Source: Myxococcota bacterium (lineage in GTDB: Bacteria > Myxococcota_A > SURF-8). Taken from it: a DNA stretch of 64,000 nucleotides. Both the position numbers and the translations under genes were made by a program. Positions 21,612 to 31,829 of this stretch are shown here, in pieces. Positions within the stretch are counted from its first letter, which is position 1; every line of letters starts with the position of its first letter. The stretch spans positions 2,816,001 through 2,880,000 of the forward strand of contig OZ223209.1 in assembly GCA_965140415.1 (NCBI GenBank). Direction: 5' to 3'. Below the pieces are notes generated by a model. That model had not been told where the DNA came from. It made no database searches and worked only from the letters and a program-made list of their open reading frames with translations.

Positions 21612-22766
21612 GTGACAATGCAACGGCTCGCAGCACTTCTTCAGCGGCATGAAACGTGGCTGATGGAGAGAATCCTCCATTACGCAAAAACTCACGACTA
21701 TGCGAAATATACATCTACACTAGTGGAAGCCTGGAGGCTTTCCATAAGTGGATTGACGGATTCCATTCTAAAAGGGATCGAACATTATAGAGAGTCCGCA
21801 GAGCTGCACCCGGATGATACTTTTCAAGATAATCCCGTAGCGGAATTCGGCATTGTTGAAGCACAACGCCATCGGGAACGCGGAATCAGTTTCACGATGT
21901 TTTTAGGGTTGTTCAAGTATTACCGACAAGCCTATCTTGATTTGCTTAAAGAATATCTGGAAGAGGATGCGGAACGCGATCATTTCGGTGTATTTCTAAA
22001 TCGTATTTTCGATCGAATCGAAATCGCATTTTGCGAAGAATGGACACAACTCAGTGATCGAGAATTAATTCAGAAATTGCAGTCTACCAATCGCTTTATG
22101 ACCAATGAAAAGAATATGTACCTGACCGCATTTGAGAGTCAGAACAATCCTGTTGTGCTTCTGGATTCTGCATGGTGTATCGTTAACATCAATTTTGAAG
22201 CGGCCCGCTTGGTTTCTCCAACAGTTTCACCTGGAAGCAGTTACTATAGTATAGAAAATGGTCGGACAGACGATGACTTGAAAACGGAAGCAGATGTAAT
22301 TCAAGGAAACAAGGCAATATTGGGGAAACGATTTGAGGATGTATTTCCCTGGTTGGGAGAAATCGTTCAAAAAGCGAAATGTGAAGATAAAAAAGAAGCG
22401 ACTTTCGAAATTGAGTTCAATCAGTTCGGTGAGTTACGTTTTTTCGAAGGAAAGTTATGCAAAATGTTGGATGTCAGTGAGAAGTTCAATGGCATCCTGC
22501 TGATACTTGAAGACCGCACTGAAGCGAGAGATCTCTCGAATGAGAGAGAATGCCTGATTGCTGATCTACAAAAGAATATTAGAGAAATCAAGAGATTGCA
22601 GGGGATGTTGCCGATTTGTGTGTCCTGTAAAAAGATCCGTGATGATAAGGGGTACTGGAACCAGATCGAGAACTACATTTCAAGCCGCTCCGAGGTCGAC
22701 TTCAGCCATAGCCTTTGTCCTGAATGCACCCAGGAACTTTATGGTGATTTCTTGAAAGAAAAGTGA
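21612..22766 (+). CDS. Sensor protein: helical (RsbRD_N/globin-like) N-terminus, PAS-like domain, C-terminal Cys4 module
   Basis: C-terminal LPICVSCKKIRDDKGYW..IENY..FSHSLCPEC; PAS-like middle; no kinase or GGDEF domain. Confidence 0.65.
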   Translation: MTMQRLAALLQRHETWLMERILHYAKTHDYAKYTSTLVEAWRLSISGLTDSILKGIEHYRESAELHPDDTFQDNPVAEFGIVEAQRHRERGISFTMFLGLFKYYRQAYLDLLKEYLEEDAERDHFGVFLNRIFDRIEIAFCEEWTQLSDRELIQKLQSTNRFMTNEKNMYLTAFESQNNPVVLLDSAWCIVNINFEAARLVSPTVSPGSSYYSIENGRTDDDLKTEADVIQGNKAILGKRFEDVFPWLGEIVQKAKCEDKKEATFEIEFNQFGELRFFEGKLCKMLDVSEKFNGILLILEDRTEARDLSNERECLIADLQKNIREIKRLQGMLPICVSCKKIRDDKGYWNQIENYISSRSEVDFSHSLCPECTQELYGDFLKEK

Positions 22767-22950
22767 ATATTCTCCGCGTGCTCAAAGCTCTGTTTCTGTT
22801 TTGGCCATACATTTCAAGCCTGTAAAGACGAGTTCCTGTTTTCTCGGAAAAACTCTTCATCTTTTCTATTGCGTATTGAGACAAACTGTGCTTTTATGAC
22901 CGACCGTGAAACGCTAAACGATGGTATGAAGACGGAAGAACAGGAAGTAT

Positions 22951-23178
22951 GACAGGATTTTCTGAAAGGTTCTTGGTTCAGCAGGCAATGGCACCGAAAG
23001 CAAGGACCGGAAAACACCCTCTTACGACTAAAGGGGGGCGAGTCGATGTCGCCTGTCCTCCCAAAAAGGGATTGCAGAGGCTTGTTGCAGCCTGTACGCA
23101 GTCTCTGGAAAATCGTTACGCAAACGTACAATTCCGACCTGAAATCCCCGGCTCAACAGAGAACCGGGGATTTTTTTT
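22951..23178 (+). ncRNA. Candidate structured RNA / attenuator leader ending in an intrinsic terminator
   Basis: Several nested helices (see findings); no family recognised. Confidence 0.35.
23142..23178 (+). terminator. Intrinsic terminator
   Basis: AAATCCCCGG...CCGGGGATTT stem with a run of 8 T. Confidence 0.85.
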
Positions 23179-23241
23179 CTCGATTCTGAAAAGAAACCTC
23201 TTTTCTATTACTCTCACCTGTAATCTACCGGGAGTTATACG

Positions 23242-23973
23242 ATGACACCTGACCGGCACATTTTGGAACAGTTGAGTTTACTGCTGGAACTGCAAGAACT
23301 GGATAACGAAATTCTGGAGTTTGAGAAAGAACGGGAGAAAATTCCTGAAAAAACGAAGAACATGGAAGTTACGTTGCTGGAGCACCAGAAAAATCTGGAG
23401 GAAATCGAAAACAGGCAACAGCAGTTGGAGACCGAACTCAACGATAAGAACACACAACTGAATTTGGAGCGGTTGAAAATAAAGAACACGCGAAATAAAG
23501 AGACCGCTCTGCAAAACATCAAGCAGTACGAAGCGTTTTTGCGTGAAGTGGAAGTTCAGGAAGACAACGCCGATGATTTGGAAGCGAACGTTCGTGATCT
23601 GCAAAAACGAATTGATGCAACCAAGGAAGAAAAAGACGAACTCAATCAGAAGATCGAGAGTATTCGTCATTCTCAGTCCGGCGAAATGAAGGAACTGGAA
23701 AACCGTTTGGAGAAGTTGGACGAAACGCTTGACAAAATGTACGACAATCGGGACGAATTCATCGAAAAGCTAGATGAAGACCTGTATTTAAAGTACGAAT
23801 ACATTGCCGAGCGTGTTGGTGATGAAGTTGCGGTCGCAAAAATCATCGATGGTCACTGTGCGGTTTGCAACATGGCGGTATTGCCGCAAATGCTCAATGA
23901 AATCATGGCTGGTGCGTTACATGCCTGTTCTTCTTGTCGACGAATTCTCGTCTGGGTTGATGAAGACGACTAA
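23242..23973 (+). CDS. Coiled-coil C4-type zinc ribbon protein (zf-RING_7 / DUF164)
   Basis: LLELQELD start, long coiled coil, and C-terminal CAVC..CSSCRRIL. Confidence 0.88.
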   Translation: MTPDRHILEQLSLLLELQELDNEILEFEKEREKIPEKTKNMEVTLLEHQKNLEEIENRQQQLETELNDKNTQLNLERLKIKNTRNKETALQNIKQYEAFLREVEVQEDNADDLEANVRDLQKRIDATKEEKDELNQKIESIRHSQSGEMKELENRLEKLDETLDKMYDNRDEFIEKLDEDLYLKYEYIAERVGDEVAVAKIIDGHCAVCNMAVLPQMLNEIMAGALHACSSCRRILVWVDEDD

Positions 23974-24064
23974 AAACATCGAATAACTTCGATCTCTTCC
24001 CTGTCTCTTGAACAATACAGCCCCCTTTTGGGGGACCCTGTGTTGTTTCAAGATGGAGAGTTAT

Positions 24065-24475
24065 ATGACTTTTGAAGAGATAGAGGAAGATCTAGGTTAT
24101 ATCCCGGATAGAATGGCCCGATTGCAGTATGTGGTCGATTTGGGGAAACAACTGCCGGACTTGCCGGATGAGTTCCGGATCGAGTCCAATCTAGTCAAAG
24201 GATGCATGAGCAAAGTCTGGATGGCAGGGCAACCTTTAAAAGGCAATCCCAAGTTGCTTGAATTCTTCGTCGACAGCGATTCCCATTTTGTAAAGGGCTT
24301 CGCGGCAATCGTACTGACAGTCGTTTCTGCAAAAACACCACAACAAATACTTCAAGTCGAAATCGAGCCACTGTTTAAAAGGTTGAATTTAGAAGAGCAT
24401 ATTTCCCCGCAGCGGAAAAATGGGCTTTTCGGACTGATTGGGCGCATTCATAAAATCGCGGAAGAATATTTATAA
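24065..24475 (+). CDS. sufE: SufE family sulfur-transfer protein
   Basis: LGKQLP, VKGCMSKVW, DSDS..VKG and SPQRKNGL. Confidence 0.88.
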   Translation: MTFEEIEEDLGYIPDRMARLQYVVDLGKQLPDLPDEFRIESNLVKGCMSKVWMAGQPLKGNPKLLEFFVDSDSHFVKGFAAIVLTVVSAKTPQQILQVEIEPLFKRLNLEEHISPQRKNGLFGLIGRIHKIAEEYL

Positions 24476-24508
24476 CAGACGTTCGAAAAGACTTAAAAAC
24501 CTAAAAAG

Positions 24509-24814
24509 CTAATCCTTATCAACAAGTTGTTTGGGACCGGCGTTTCCGGCGATGCGTTCGTATTCGCCTTTTCCTCTTCGCTTATAGGTTGTAAACCCTT
24601 TCTTTGCAGCATCTTCGTAATTGACTTTTCCGGTTGCAATGTCACGGGCGGATGTTAGTTTGGCCGGCGTTGAAATCAGGCGTTCCAGTTCGCCGTCACC
24701 GGGGGCATCTTCTGCCACACAATCACCGATGCAGTAGCTGCGTTTTTCTTGGGAAGAATGCAGTATCTCCAGAATCGCTCCACATTTCTTGCACTTATAT
24801 TCATAGATTGGCAC
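24509..24814 (-). CDS. FmdB family zinc-ribbon protein
   Basis: GTG start gives (M)PIYEYKCKKCG; GGAG RBS upstream. Confidence 0.8.
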   Translation of the reverse strand: MPIYEYKCKKCGAILEILHSSQEKRSYCIGDCVAEDAPGDGELERLISTPAKLTSARDIATGKVNYEDAAKKGFTTYKRRGKGEYERIAGNAGPKQLVDKD

Positions 24815-25153
24815 GAAAGCAGCTCCATTCATTATACGATTCAACAGCTTGGATCATAGAGCCGATTGCGGATGCAGTCAAGAAAGAGAGTGCACTAAAA
24901 CAGCGAAATGGTAAGGGACATGATGAACGGTCGTAATGATTGATTTGACTATGAAATTGGAACTTACCCGTTATTCGGACATGAATTGTAACCGAACCTA
25001 TTGACAAAGTAGTAAATACTGGAGTAAATGAAAGTCTCCAACTAGCGCCACCTAGTGACATGAAAATAAAGTCAAATAACCAATACACGTTACGATGGTG
25101 AAAATGTGATTTCCTGAGTCGCCCATGCCTTTTGATTGAAGGAGCAATATCCA

Positions 25154-26800
25154 ATGTCGTTGAGAAAAAGAATCTGTAATATCAATGTAATAACGGTAGC
25201 TTTTCTTCTAATTGCGATGCTTACGATGTCTGCCTGTGGTGGTGAAGATGATGATACCAGCACGGATGGCGATCAATCGAGTTCCGATGGAGATTGGGAG
25301 GGAGAAAGCAATACGCTTTGTGTACCGATGCAAATTCGTGCCTGTTCATGTCCAGCGGGAGTTTCCGGCACCCAGACTTGTAATGCCGATGGAACCGCGT
25401 GGGGAACATGTCAGGGATGCCCGTCTGTGGATGGAGATCTGACCACAGATGGAGATGTTTCGATAGATGGAGATAAGACAACAGACGGCGATGGGCCCGC
25501 TGATGGCGATGAACCTGCGGATGGTGATGAGCCTGCTGATGGCGATGAACCTGCGGATGGCGATGAGCCGGTGGATGGCGACGAGCCAGTGGATGGCGAC
25601 GAGCCCGCTGATGGCGACGAACCTGCGGATGGTGATGAGCCTGCTGATGGCGATGAGCCTGCTGATGGCGATGAACCTGCGGATGGTGATGAGCCGGTGG
25701 ATGGCGACGAGCCTGTAGATGGTGACACTCCCGTGCTGAATTGCGATAACAACCTCTTTGATGAGGTGGTTAGCGGTGTTTCCGTCGGGACTGACAATCA
25801 AAGTCAACCGGTATGGTTTTATAATGCCTATGATGACGAAACGTATCCGGCAAACAATATGGTGATAGAAAACTGGGCTTCTTATGGAGGACCGACAACT
25901 GCCGGAACCTATCAGTTTACCGCTACCGAAGCCAGCTATCTGGATTGTGGTTTCTGCCTACAGGTTTACAAGGATTGTGAAAGTGATGGGCAGGGTGGTC
26001 AGAGTTGCGACAAGGTCTTTATGCCCAAGGTCGGCGGAACTTACACAATCAATTCCTTGGGTACTACCGAAGGACAGAGTATTGCCGGTGTGGTTGAAAA
26101 CCTAGAGTTACAGGAAGTGACAATCAATTCCGAAACGCTGGTGACGACACCCGTTCGTAATGGTGAAACCTGGTGTTTGCCATATTATGAATTTTCTGGT
26201 GATTTACAGGCACCTGGATTTGTGGACATGGATCCTCCAACCGGTTTGAGTTGCGAATACCCGGATGCTCCTTATCATTTCTGGGGACCGGTTCCGGGTG
26301 ACACGGAAACGCAAGCCGGCACGGTTCCACCAATGGGATGGCCCGGCGCTTATCATGGAGGCGCGATCAAAGAATTTGATTTGGCGCGGTTTAAATGCGA
26401 CAACCCCAACATCAAAACGCTGTTTATTATGGTTGGGGCCGGTTGGTGTTCTGCTTGTGAGGGATTCTTCGAAGACATGGTATGTAATGATGGCGGGTTA
26501 GAAGAACAACTGTTGGCTTTAAATGCAGAAATTCTATACGTTATTGGTGAAAACAATAATGTGGCTACAGCTACGAATTCCTTTGCAGAGTTGAAAATGA
26601 ATAGTTATGGCTGCGAAGGCGGTTATCGGATCAGCGATACCGACAATACGGCGGGAGAACGTGTGATATGGGAAAGCCGATTGTACTCCGGTATCCCCTG
26701 GGCGGCGGCAATCCGCATGAGCGATATGAAACTGACTCACTCTCAAGGAGAAGAGTATTACCTGGATTTTGTTGGGATCGCAACAGAGAACAACCAATAG
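25154..26800 (+). CDS. DGD-repeat lipoprotein with C-terminal thioredoxin-like domain
   Basis: Lipobox MSAC, small Cys module, (DGDEP[AV]) tract, GAGWCSAC and GIPW. Confidence 0.75.
   Translation: MSLRKRICNINVITVAFLLIAMLTMSACGGEDDDTSTDGDQSSSDGDWEGESNTLCVPMQIRACSCPAGVSGTQTCNADGTAWGTCQGCPSVDGDLTTDGDVSIDGDKTTDGDGPADGDEPADGDEPADGDEPADGDEPVDGDEPVDGDEPADGDEPADGDEPADGDEPADGDEPADGDEPVDGDEPVDGDTPVLNCDNNLFDEVVSGVSVGTDNQSQPVWFYNAYDDETYPANNMVIENWASYGGPTTAGTYQFTATEASYLDCGFCLQVYKDCESDGQGGQSCDKVFMPKVGGTYTINSLGTTEGQSIAGVVENLELQEVTINSETLVTTPVRNGETWCLPYYEFSGDLQAPGFVDMDPPTGLSCEYPDAPYHFWGPVPGDTETQAGTVPPMGWPGAYHGGAIKEFDLARFKCDNPNIKTLFIMVGAGWCSACEGFFEDMVCNDGGLEEQLLALNAEILYVIGENNNVATATNSFAELKMNSYGCEGGYRISDTDNTAGERVIWESRLYSGIPWAAAIRMSDMKLTHSQGEEYYLDFVGIATENNQ
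25502..25717 (+). repeat. Coding tandem repeat, 18 bp x 12 (DGDEP[A/V])
   Basis: Read directly from DNA and translation. Confidence 0.93.
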
Positions 26801-26883
26801 GCGCTGACCGTGTTAGTAGTGGAAAATTTGTGTAAGCATGGATGCGTGATTCTGTGCGATTCTTGTGAAAAAAGGAAGGTAAA

Positions 26884-27945
26884 ATGAAGAGTGGATGGTT
26901 ATCGCTGATCGTTCTTATGTTGTGTCTGGCATTGTTTGTTGTCGGTTGTGGCAGTGGTGACGACGAGACTCCCGATGGGGATTCGAACATCGATGGAGAC
27001 TCTGAGAATGAGGACGATACAACCTCGGATGGAGACACGACTGTCGATGGCGATATGGATAGCGAAAGCGAACCCATTACCGATGGCGATGTGTCTGTTG
27101 ATGGCGATGATGAGATCGGTGATGGAGACTTAGAAATTGATGTCGAAAGCGAGCAGGAACAGCTCGCTTGCACGGGTACGGTAGTCGATACGGTTATGGG
27201 GACCGTTCAGAACCAGGATGGGAATGGAATCGATATGGTCGCTGCTTTGCTATGCATTGCCAAGCCTGGCGATCGGGAGACTTGCCTGGACCCGGAATTC
27301 ACGAACGGTAGCGGAGCATTTACCATCAGTGTCCCTGAAGAGCACCAATGCCAGGTGGGAGCTGCAATACACTATATCGCCACACAGGACTTTACGTTGC
27401 ATGGGCTTTATTGCCCGGTGGACATCAGTCAGGGCGGGACTCTTGCCGTGGATCCGGTCGTATTACGACAGGCTCCACAGGCGACGCGCACGGCGCTGGG
27501 AGATACCAGCCAGCCTCACGACATTACCAGTCCCGAAGGCGTGGTCTTGACTGTCATTCCTGATGATCTATATCTTTGGGATTTTACCTACGATGATTTG
27601 CGCCTGCTCAGTTGGGATTCCACCAGTTGGGGGTGGCCCTGTTTCATCGATGCCAATGATCCCCCAGACGCCTTGGTCGCATTGGTGCCTGAATTCGAAA
27701 CTGCGCATGAAACCGATGCTGTTCACATCGCGTTCCCCAATACCCAAAATCTTGCGGCAGGAACCGAAGTCGATTTATATGGCTTGGGCGGAGTTGGAAC
27801 GGAGAACTGGACCGGAGAGGAAATCGAAGAGGCGCAATGGGCGAAAATTGGAAGCATGACGGTCAGTAACGATGAAACCATGATCCGAACGGCAGCAGGG
27901 CAGGGGCTGCCATTCTGTACCTGGGTGGGATATAAACAAAAATAA
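26884..27945 (+). CDS. DGD-linker lipoprotein with beta-rich (carboxypeptidase regulatory-like) domain
   Basis: Lipobox VVGC, several DGD motifs, and GTVQNQDGNGI..TNGSGAFTI pattern. Confidence 0.65.
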   Translation: MKSGWLSLIVLMLCLALFVVGCGSGDDETPDGDSNIDGDSENEDDTTSDGDTTVDGDMDSESEPITDGDVSVDGDDEIGDGDLEIDVESEQEQLACTGTVVDTVMGTVQNQDGNGIDMVAALLCIAKPGDRETCLDPEFTNGSGAFTISVPEEHQCQVGAAIHYIATQDFTLHGLYCPVDISQGGTLAVDPVVLRQAPQATRTALGDTSQPHDITSPEGVVLTVIPDDLYLWDFTYDDLRLLSWDSTSWGWPCFIDANDPPDALVALVPEFETAHETDAVHIAFPNTQNLAAGTEVDLYGLGGVGTENWTGEEIEEAQWAKIGSMTVSNDETMIRTAAGQGLPFCTWVGYKQK

Positions 27946-27989
27946 CCCCCAGCAAGTTTCCTCGCCGGGGGTCTGTTTCGGACAGGCTG

Positions 27990-28026
27990 AACGGGATGAG
28001 AGCCAGGAGCTTTCGTCCCGTTTTTT
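27990..28026 (+). terminator. Intrinsic terminator
   Basis: ACGGGATGAGAGC/GCTTTCGTCCCGT stem plus T-run. Confidence 0.7.
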
Positions 28027-28027
28027 G

Positions 28028-28522
28028 TTACTTTTTCAGAACAGGCGTGACAAAGGAAACCAGCTTGTCTTTGAGCGCCTCTAAGGAAAATTCGGGGTTT
28101 TTAGCCACTTTCTCCGCCAGATCCTTGATTATCGACTCTTCGGTATTCAGTTCCTGGGCGATGTAGAAAGGATCGATTTCCTCGGGATTGCCGACTAATC
28201 CGCAGCCGGTGACCTGGCCAATCAACTCCTCGCCATCGAACAACGGAATGGCGATACGAATGAGACCGCCTTCACAGAAATCGACGACGGCTTGCTTGGC
28301 CGCTTTGGCTTGAACGATCATCGCCATGTTTGTCTGGCTACAGAAACTGGCCAACGTGTCGGGTTGCTCGCGAATTCGTTCGCATAGCGGGTTGCGAGTT
28401 CCTTCTCCGAAAAGGATTTTCCCGCCGCCATCGGTCAAAGACATTGCCAGACCGGTTTCCTTAAACATTTCTTGCAGTTTTTCTTTCCACAGCTCTTCCG
28501 ATAAAATACTTAACACGTCCAT
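28028..28522 (-). CDS. Stand-alone PocR ligand-binding domain protein
   Basis: NPLCERIR..FC..CEGGL..AIPL PocR-type Cys pattern. Confidence 0.75.
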   Translation of the reverse strand: MDVLSILSEELWKEKLQEMFKETGLAMSLTDGGGKILFGEGTRNPLCERIREQPDTLASFCSQTNMAMIVQAKAAKQAVVDFCEGGLIRIAIPLFDGEELIGQVTGCGLVGNPEEIDPFYIAQELNTEESIIKDLAEKVAKNPEFSLEALKDKLVSFVTPVLKK

Positions 28523-28574
28523 TCTTCCGCCTCGTTATCCACTTTGTAGAACATGAAAACAACTCTGGAGCAAT

Positions 28575-29804
28575 TTACTCTATCACGATGGCATTCGCAA
28601 GTAGTTCCCACATGTGGACGGATTTCCAGGGACGTTTGTACTCTTTGGCAAGATCGCCGATGCCGTCGATGCAGTTGACGCAGGGAGTGCAGACCAATTC
28701 CGCTCCGGTACGATCAATTTGTTCGACTTTGATCTTTCCATAGTGATTACGGGCTTGTGCAAAGCCGGAGATGAGCGCGCCACCACCGCCGGAGCAGCAG
28801 TAGTTGTATTCGCGATTCGGCCACATTTCAACCCAGTTTTCACATACGTTGTCCAGTACGTAACGGGCGTCTTCCAGAATATCCGCGTATCCGTTCATAA
28901 TGGATTTACGACCGGCGTTACACGGGTCATGCAGGGTGACGATTTCCTTGTTCTTGCTTTTATCGAGCTTGAAGCGGCCTTCCTGAATCCATTTGGCATA
29001 CAGGTTGACAACGTGAACTACATCAAATTTCGGTTTGATGCCGAATTTGCGGTAGCCATCAACGGTTGCAAAGTAACCATGACCGCATTCCGTATAGGCC
29101 ATGGTTTTGCAGCCAAGCTCTTCCAGTCTTTCAACTTGCTTTCGCAGGTTGTTTTCCCAAGATTCAAGATCACCGGAGAACATGCAGTAGTTGGTGCCTT
29201 CCCACCAAATGGAAGGCATCGTCCAGTCGGCATTGGCGGCGTGAAACACCTTGTAAATAAACTGTAATTCGTTCGGGTGGTACATGGGCAGCTTGGAGTT
29301 GATGGTGGCGTAGAATTCCGCCCCTTCTTTGTCGATGGGGACTTGAACTGCCGGAATTTCTTCCTGAAGTTCTTCCAGCATCCAATCCACCGTATCCAAC
29401 CATTCTTCGGTTGGAATCTGCATGTTGTTGCCCTTGTCACGGTGCAGTTCACAGGTGAGTTGCGCTTTTCCAGGTTTCTTGTCCATGGGACGCATCGAGC
29501 GTGCGCGGGTGACCATGCTGGTCATCTTGACGCCCATCGGGCATACGTAACTACAGCGCTCGCAGCCGGTGCACTGGAAAATCCAGTCGTGATCGATGAG
29601 TTCCTGCTCCTGACCCAGCATGACCAGGCGTACCGCTTTACGTGGTTCCATATCGGTGAAACCGCTGAGCGGACAGGCGCTGATACATTTTCCACAACTG
29701 AAACAGTAATCCAGAGCAGCCGTCCAGTTGGCCTCTTCCAACAACAGGTCGCGAAGAGGTGTTTCTTTGCTTTTATCGAGTTCGATGACAGTTCCGGTTT
29801 CCAT
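28575..29804 (-). CDS. Fe-S oxidoreductase, HdrD/DsrK/TmcB-like (2x[4Fe-4S] + CCG domain)
   Basis: CFSCGKCISAC, CTGCERCSYVCP, ECGHG, HDPCN, CCSGGGG and CVNC. Confidence 0.85.
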   Translation of the reverse strand: METGTVIELDKSKETPLRDLLLEEANWTAALDYCFSCGKCISACPLSGFTDMEPRKAVRLVMLGQEQELIDHDWIFQCTGCERCSYVCPMGVKMTSMVTRARSMRPMDKKPGKAQLTCELHRDKGNNMQIPTEEWLDTVDWMLEELQEEIPAVQVPIDKEGAEFYATINSKLPMYHPNELQFIYKVFHAANADWTMPSIWWEGTNYCMFSGDLESWENNLRKQVERLEELGCKTMAYTECGHGYFATVDGYRKFGIKPKFDVVHVVNLYAKWIQEGRFKLDKSKNKEIVTLHDPCNAGRKSIMNGYADILEDARYVLDNVCENWVEMWPNREYNYCCSGGGGALISGFAQARNHYGKIKVEQIDRTGAELVCTPCVNCIDGIGDLAKEYKRPWKSVHMWELLANAIVIE

Positions 29805-29807
29805 GTG

Positions 29808-31829
29808 TCAGACTCCTTCGTTTGCCACGTGTGGTTCGTTCGTTTCCTCACTCATGGGGGAATCGGACGACAGAACTCCGGCGGCGCTGTTGATGATTTT
29901 AGCAAGTCGATAGGGCTCGTTGTTGGCGATTGGATGGTATTGCACCATGTTCGTATCCAATCCGGACTCGGCCAGGAATTTCTGGACCCGCTTGACCCGC
30001 TCCGCCGCAACGAGATTGCCCTTCAATGAACGGCAAACCGACGGATGGCAGCCCATAACCAGAACCTGACTGGCGCCTTTTTCCAGCGCTCCAAGCATCG
30101 CTGTTTCTTCAACACGACCCGCACAGGGAACTTCGATAAACGTGGCTTCTGTCGGGACCGTCAAGCCAAGCCGACCCGCTTGATCCAGAGATGGAATCGC
30201 CGATTGTTGACAGGCAAAAACGATCAAAGGTTTTTTGTCGCCAAGAAGCGGTGTCGCTTCGTCTAAGACGTCGGACATCTGTAGTTTGCTGAGACCGCCA
30301 TGCTCGATGGCCTGACCCGGACACGCCGCAGCGCAGATGCCACATTCCCAACAGGCATTGGATAGAATCGTAACGGATTTCTTGTTGAGATACGTTTCAA
30401 TCGCACCATGTGGACAGAGCCGCAAGCAGGTCAAGCAACTTGCGCATTTGCTGACGTCGACTTTGACCATTTCCACAGGAGAGGTTACCGTTTCTTCCGG
30501 CAACAGGCTCAATACCTTGGCGGTAATGGCATCCGATTCGTATCGGGATTCCAAGGGGTTGCAGTCATTATGGCAGCCGCCTGCGAACAGGATTCCACGT
30601 CTGGCAGAGCTGACCGGCATATGGCGGATATTGCCGGGTTGCAGGAAACCTTCAGCATCCAACGGCTGGCGCAGCAAAGTGGAGAAAATGGGATTGTCCA
30701 GGCGTGGTTTCACACGACTGGGAACAACAAGACGGTCGATGTGGATTTTGAAAGCCCGATCTGGAATGATTGAATCCACCATGGTCACGACAATATCGTC
30801 TTCTCCTGCTTGCAAGAGAGGCGTTTTCTCATCATAACGCAGGAACTGTACTCCTGCCGCGCGGGCGTCATCGTACATCTTCTGGCCGTTTTTACCGAAG
30901 ACCGGCATATTGCGGAACATGACATACGCTTGCCCACCGTTCGTTACATGCTTGTTTGCAGCAACGATGGTCGCTTCTGCTGCGCAGCGCCGTTCCGGTC
31001 CCTGGAGATCCAGAAGAATGCCAACGGTGTCCGTTTTGGCACTGCCATTATGTGTGGAGTCCATGAGGCTTCGTAATGTCTCATGAGGCACCGCCAGTTT
31101 GGTGTCATCTTCGATGCGCGCATCGATTGCGATGACAACGGCTCCAGCTTGATAGCCTTTGGCCTTCCCATTGTCTTCTACGACGATGTGGAAATCTCCT
31201 AGCTGTCCATTGATCGCACGCAACGGTGTCTTTTCGCTGATTGTGATGCGCTCATTCTTTTCCGCAGCTTCAACAAGTGCTGTGGGCAAGGGGAAGAAGC
31301 ATCCTTCAGGAGTGTCCGTCTTTAAAAGCAGCACATCCAGATCCGCAGAGGCAAGCGACAGGGCCGTTTGATAGGCAGCGTGATTGCCACCCAGCACGAC
31401 GATGCGTCGATTGACCGGGCGCGTCGAAAGAGCGATGGGGCGCGCTTGTCTTGCGCGGGCAACCGCAATACGCAGGATGCGCTCCGCTTTTTCAGACGCC
31501 TGATCGATGTCAGGATGAATCCAGGCGCAGCGCTCTCTCAAATTGGTCTGGAAAAGGGGGATGGTTACCGTCGAATCCCCTTCGACTTGCAAAGGACGCT
31601 CCGTAACGGAAGGCTCCTGCGCACCGCAGACGACAGCCGCGACCAGTTGTTCCTGTTCGCACAACTGACTGAGTTTCTGCTGGCCTTGTTGACCGAATGG
31701 ATCGTCGATATGTGCAAGATAAAGACTAGAGTCCGCTTTCAGGCGTTCTTCCACCTGTGAAAGGCGAAGGCCGGTCTGCAGGGCTTCATCGGTATCGCCG
31801 ATAAAAATACCAACTCGTTGATTGCTCAT
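29808..31829 (-). CDS. Degenerate HdrA-like protein fused to ferredoxin and MvhD/FlpD domains (QmoB-like architecture)
   Basis: NLRERCAWIH (HdrA N-domain), CASCLTCLRLCP and CWECGICAAACP, FAC..PCAGRV..GCHPSVC (MvhD). Confidence 0.8.
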   Translation of the reverse strand: MSNQRVGIFIGDTDEALQTGLRLSQVEERLKADSSLYLAHIDDPFGQQGQQKLSQLCEQEQLVAAVVCGAQEPSVTERPLQVEGDSTVTIPLFQTNLRERCAWIHPDIDQASEKAERILRIAVARARQARPIALSTRPVNRRIVVLGGNHAAYQTALSLASADLDVLLLKTDTPEGCFFPLPTALVEAAEKNERITISEKTPLRAINGQLGDFHIVVEDNGKAKGYQAGAVVIAIDARIEDDTKLAVPHETLRSLMDSTHNGSAKTDTVGILLDLQGPERRCAAEATIVAANKHVTNGGQAYVMFRNMPVFGKNGQKMYDDARAAGVQFLRYDEKTPLLQAGEDDIVVTMVDSIIPDRAFKIHIDRLVVPSRVKPRLDNPIFSTLLRQPLDAEGFLQPGNIRHMPVSSARRGILFAGGCHNDCNPLESRYESDAITAKVLSLLPEETVTSPVEMVKVDVSKCASCLTCLRLCPHGAIETYLNKKSVTILSNACWECGICAAACPGQAIEHGGLSKLQMSDVLDEATPLLGDKKPLIVFACQQSAIPSLDQAGRLGLTVPTEATFIEVPCAGRVEETAMLGALEKGASQVLVMGCHPSVCRSLKGNLVAAERVKRVQKFLAESGLDTNMVQYHPIANNEPYRLAKIINSAAGVLSSDSPMSEETNEPHVANEGV

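Noticed and set aside
22960-23060. Lysine or c-di-GMP-I riboswitch (GAAAGG, CCGAA, CTGTC, GGCAA..GAAA fragments)
   Set aside because: Spacing and pairing do not fit either consensus, so the region is kept only as an unassigned RNA candidate.
22949-23245. ORFs 22949..23245 (+) and 22814..23131 (-) in the intergenic gap
   Set aside because: They have no recognisable motifs, and the plus ORF runs through a strong intrinsic terminator.
25484-25732. Regular 18-bp repeats (also 46261-46440 and about 58100-58440) as possible CRISPR arrays
   Set aside because: There are no unique spacers, unit lengths are multiples of 3 inside CDSs, and no cas genes are present.
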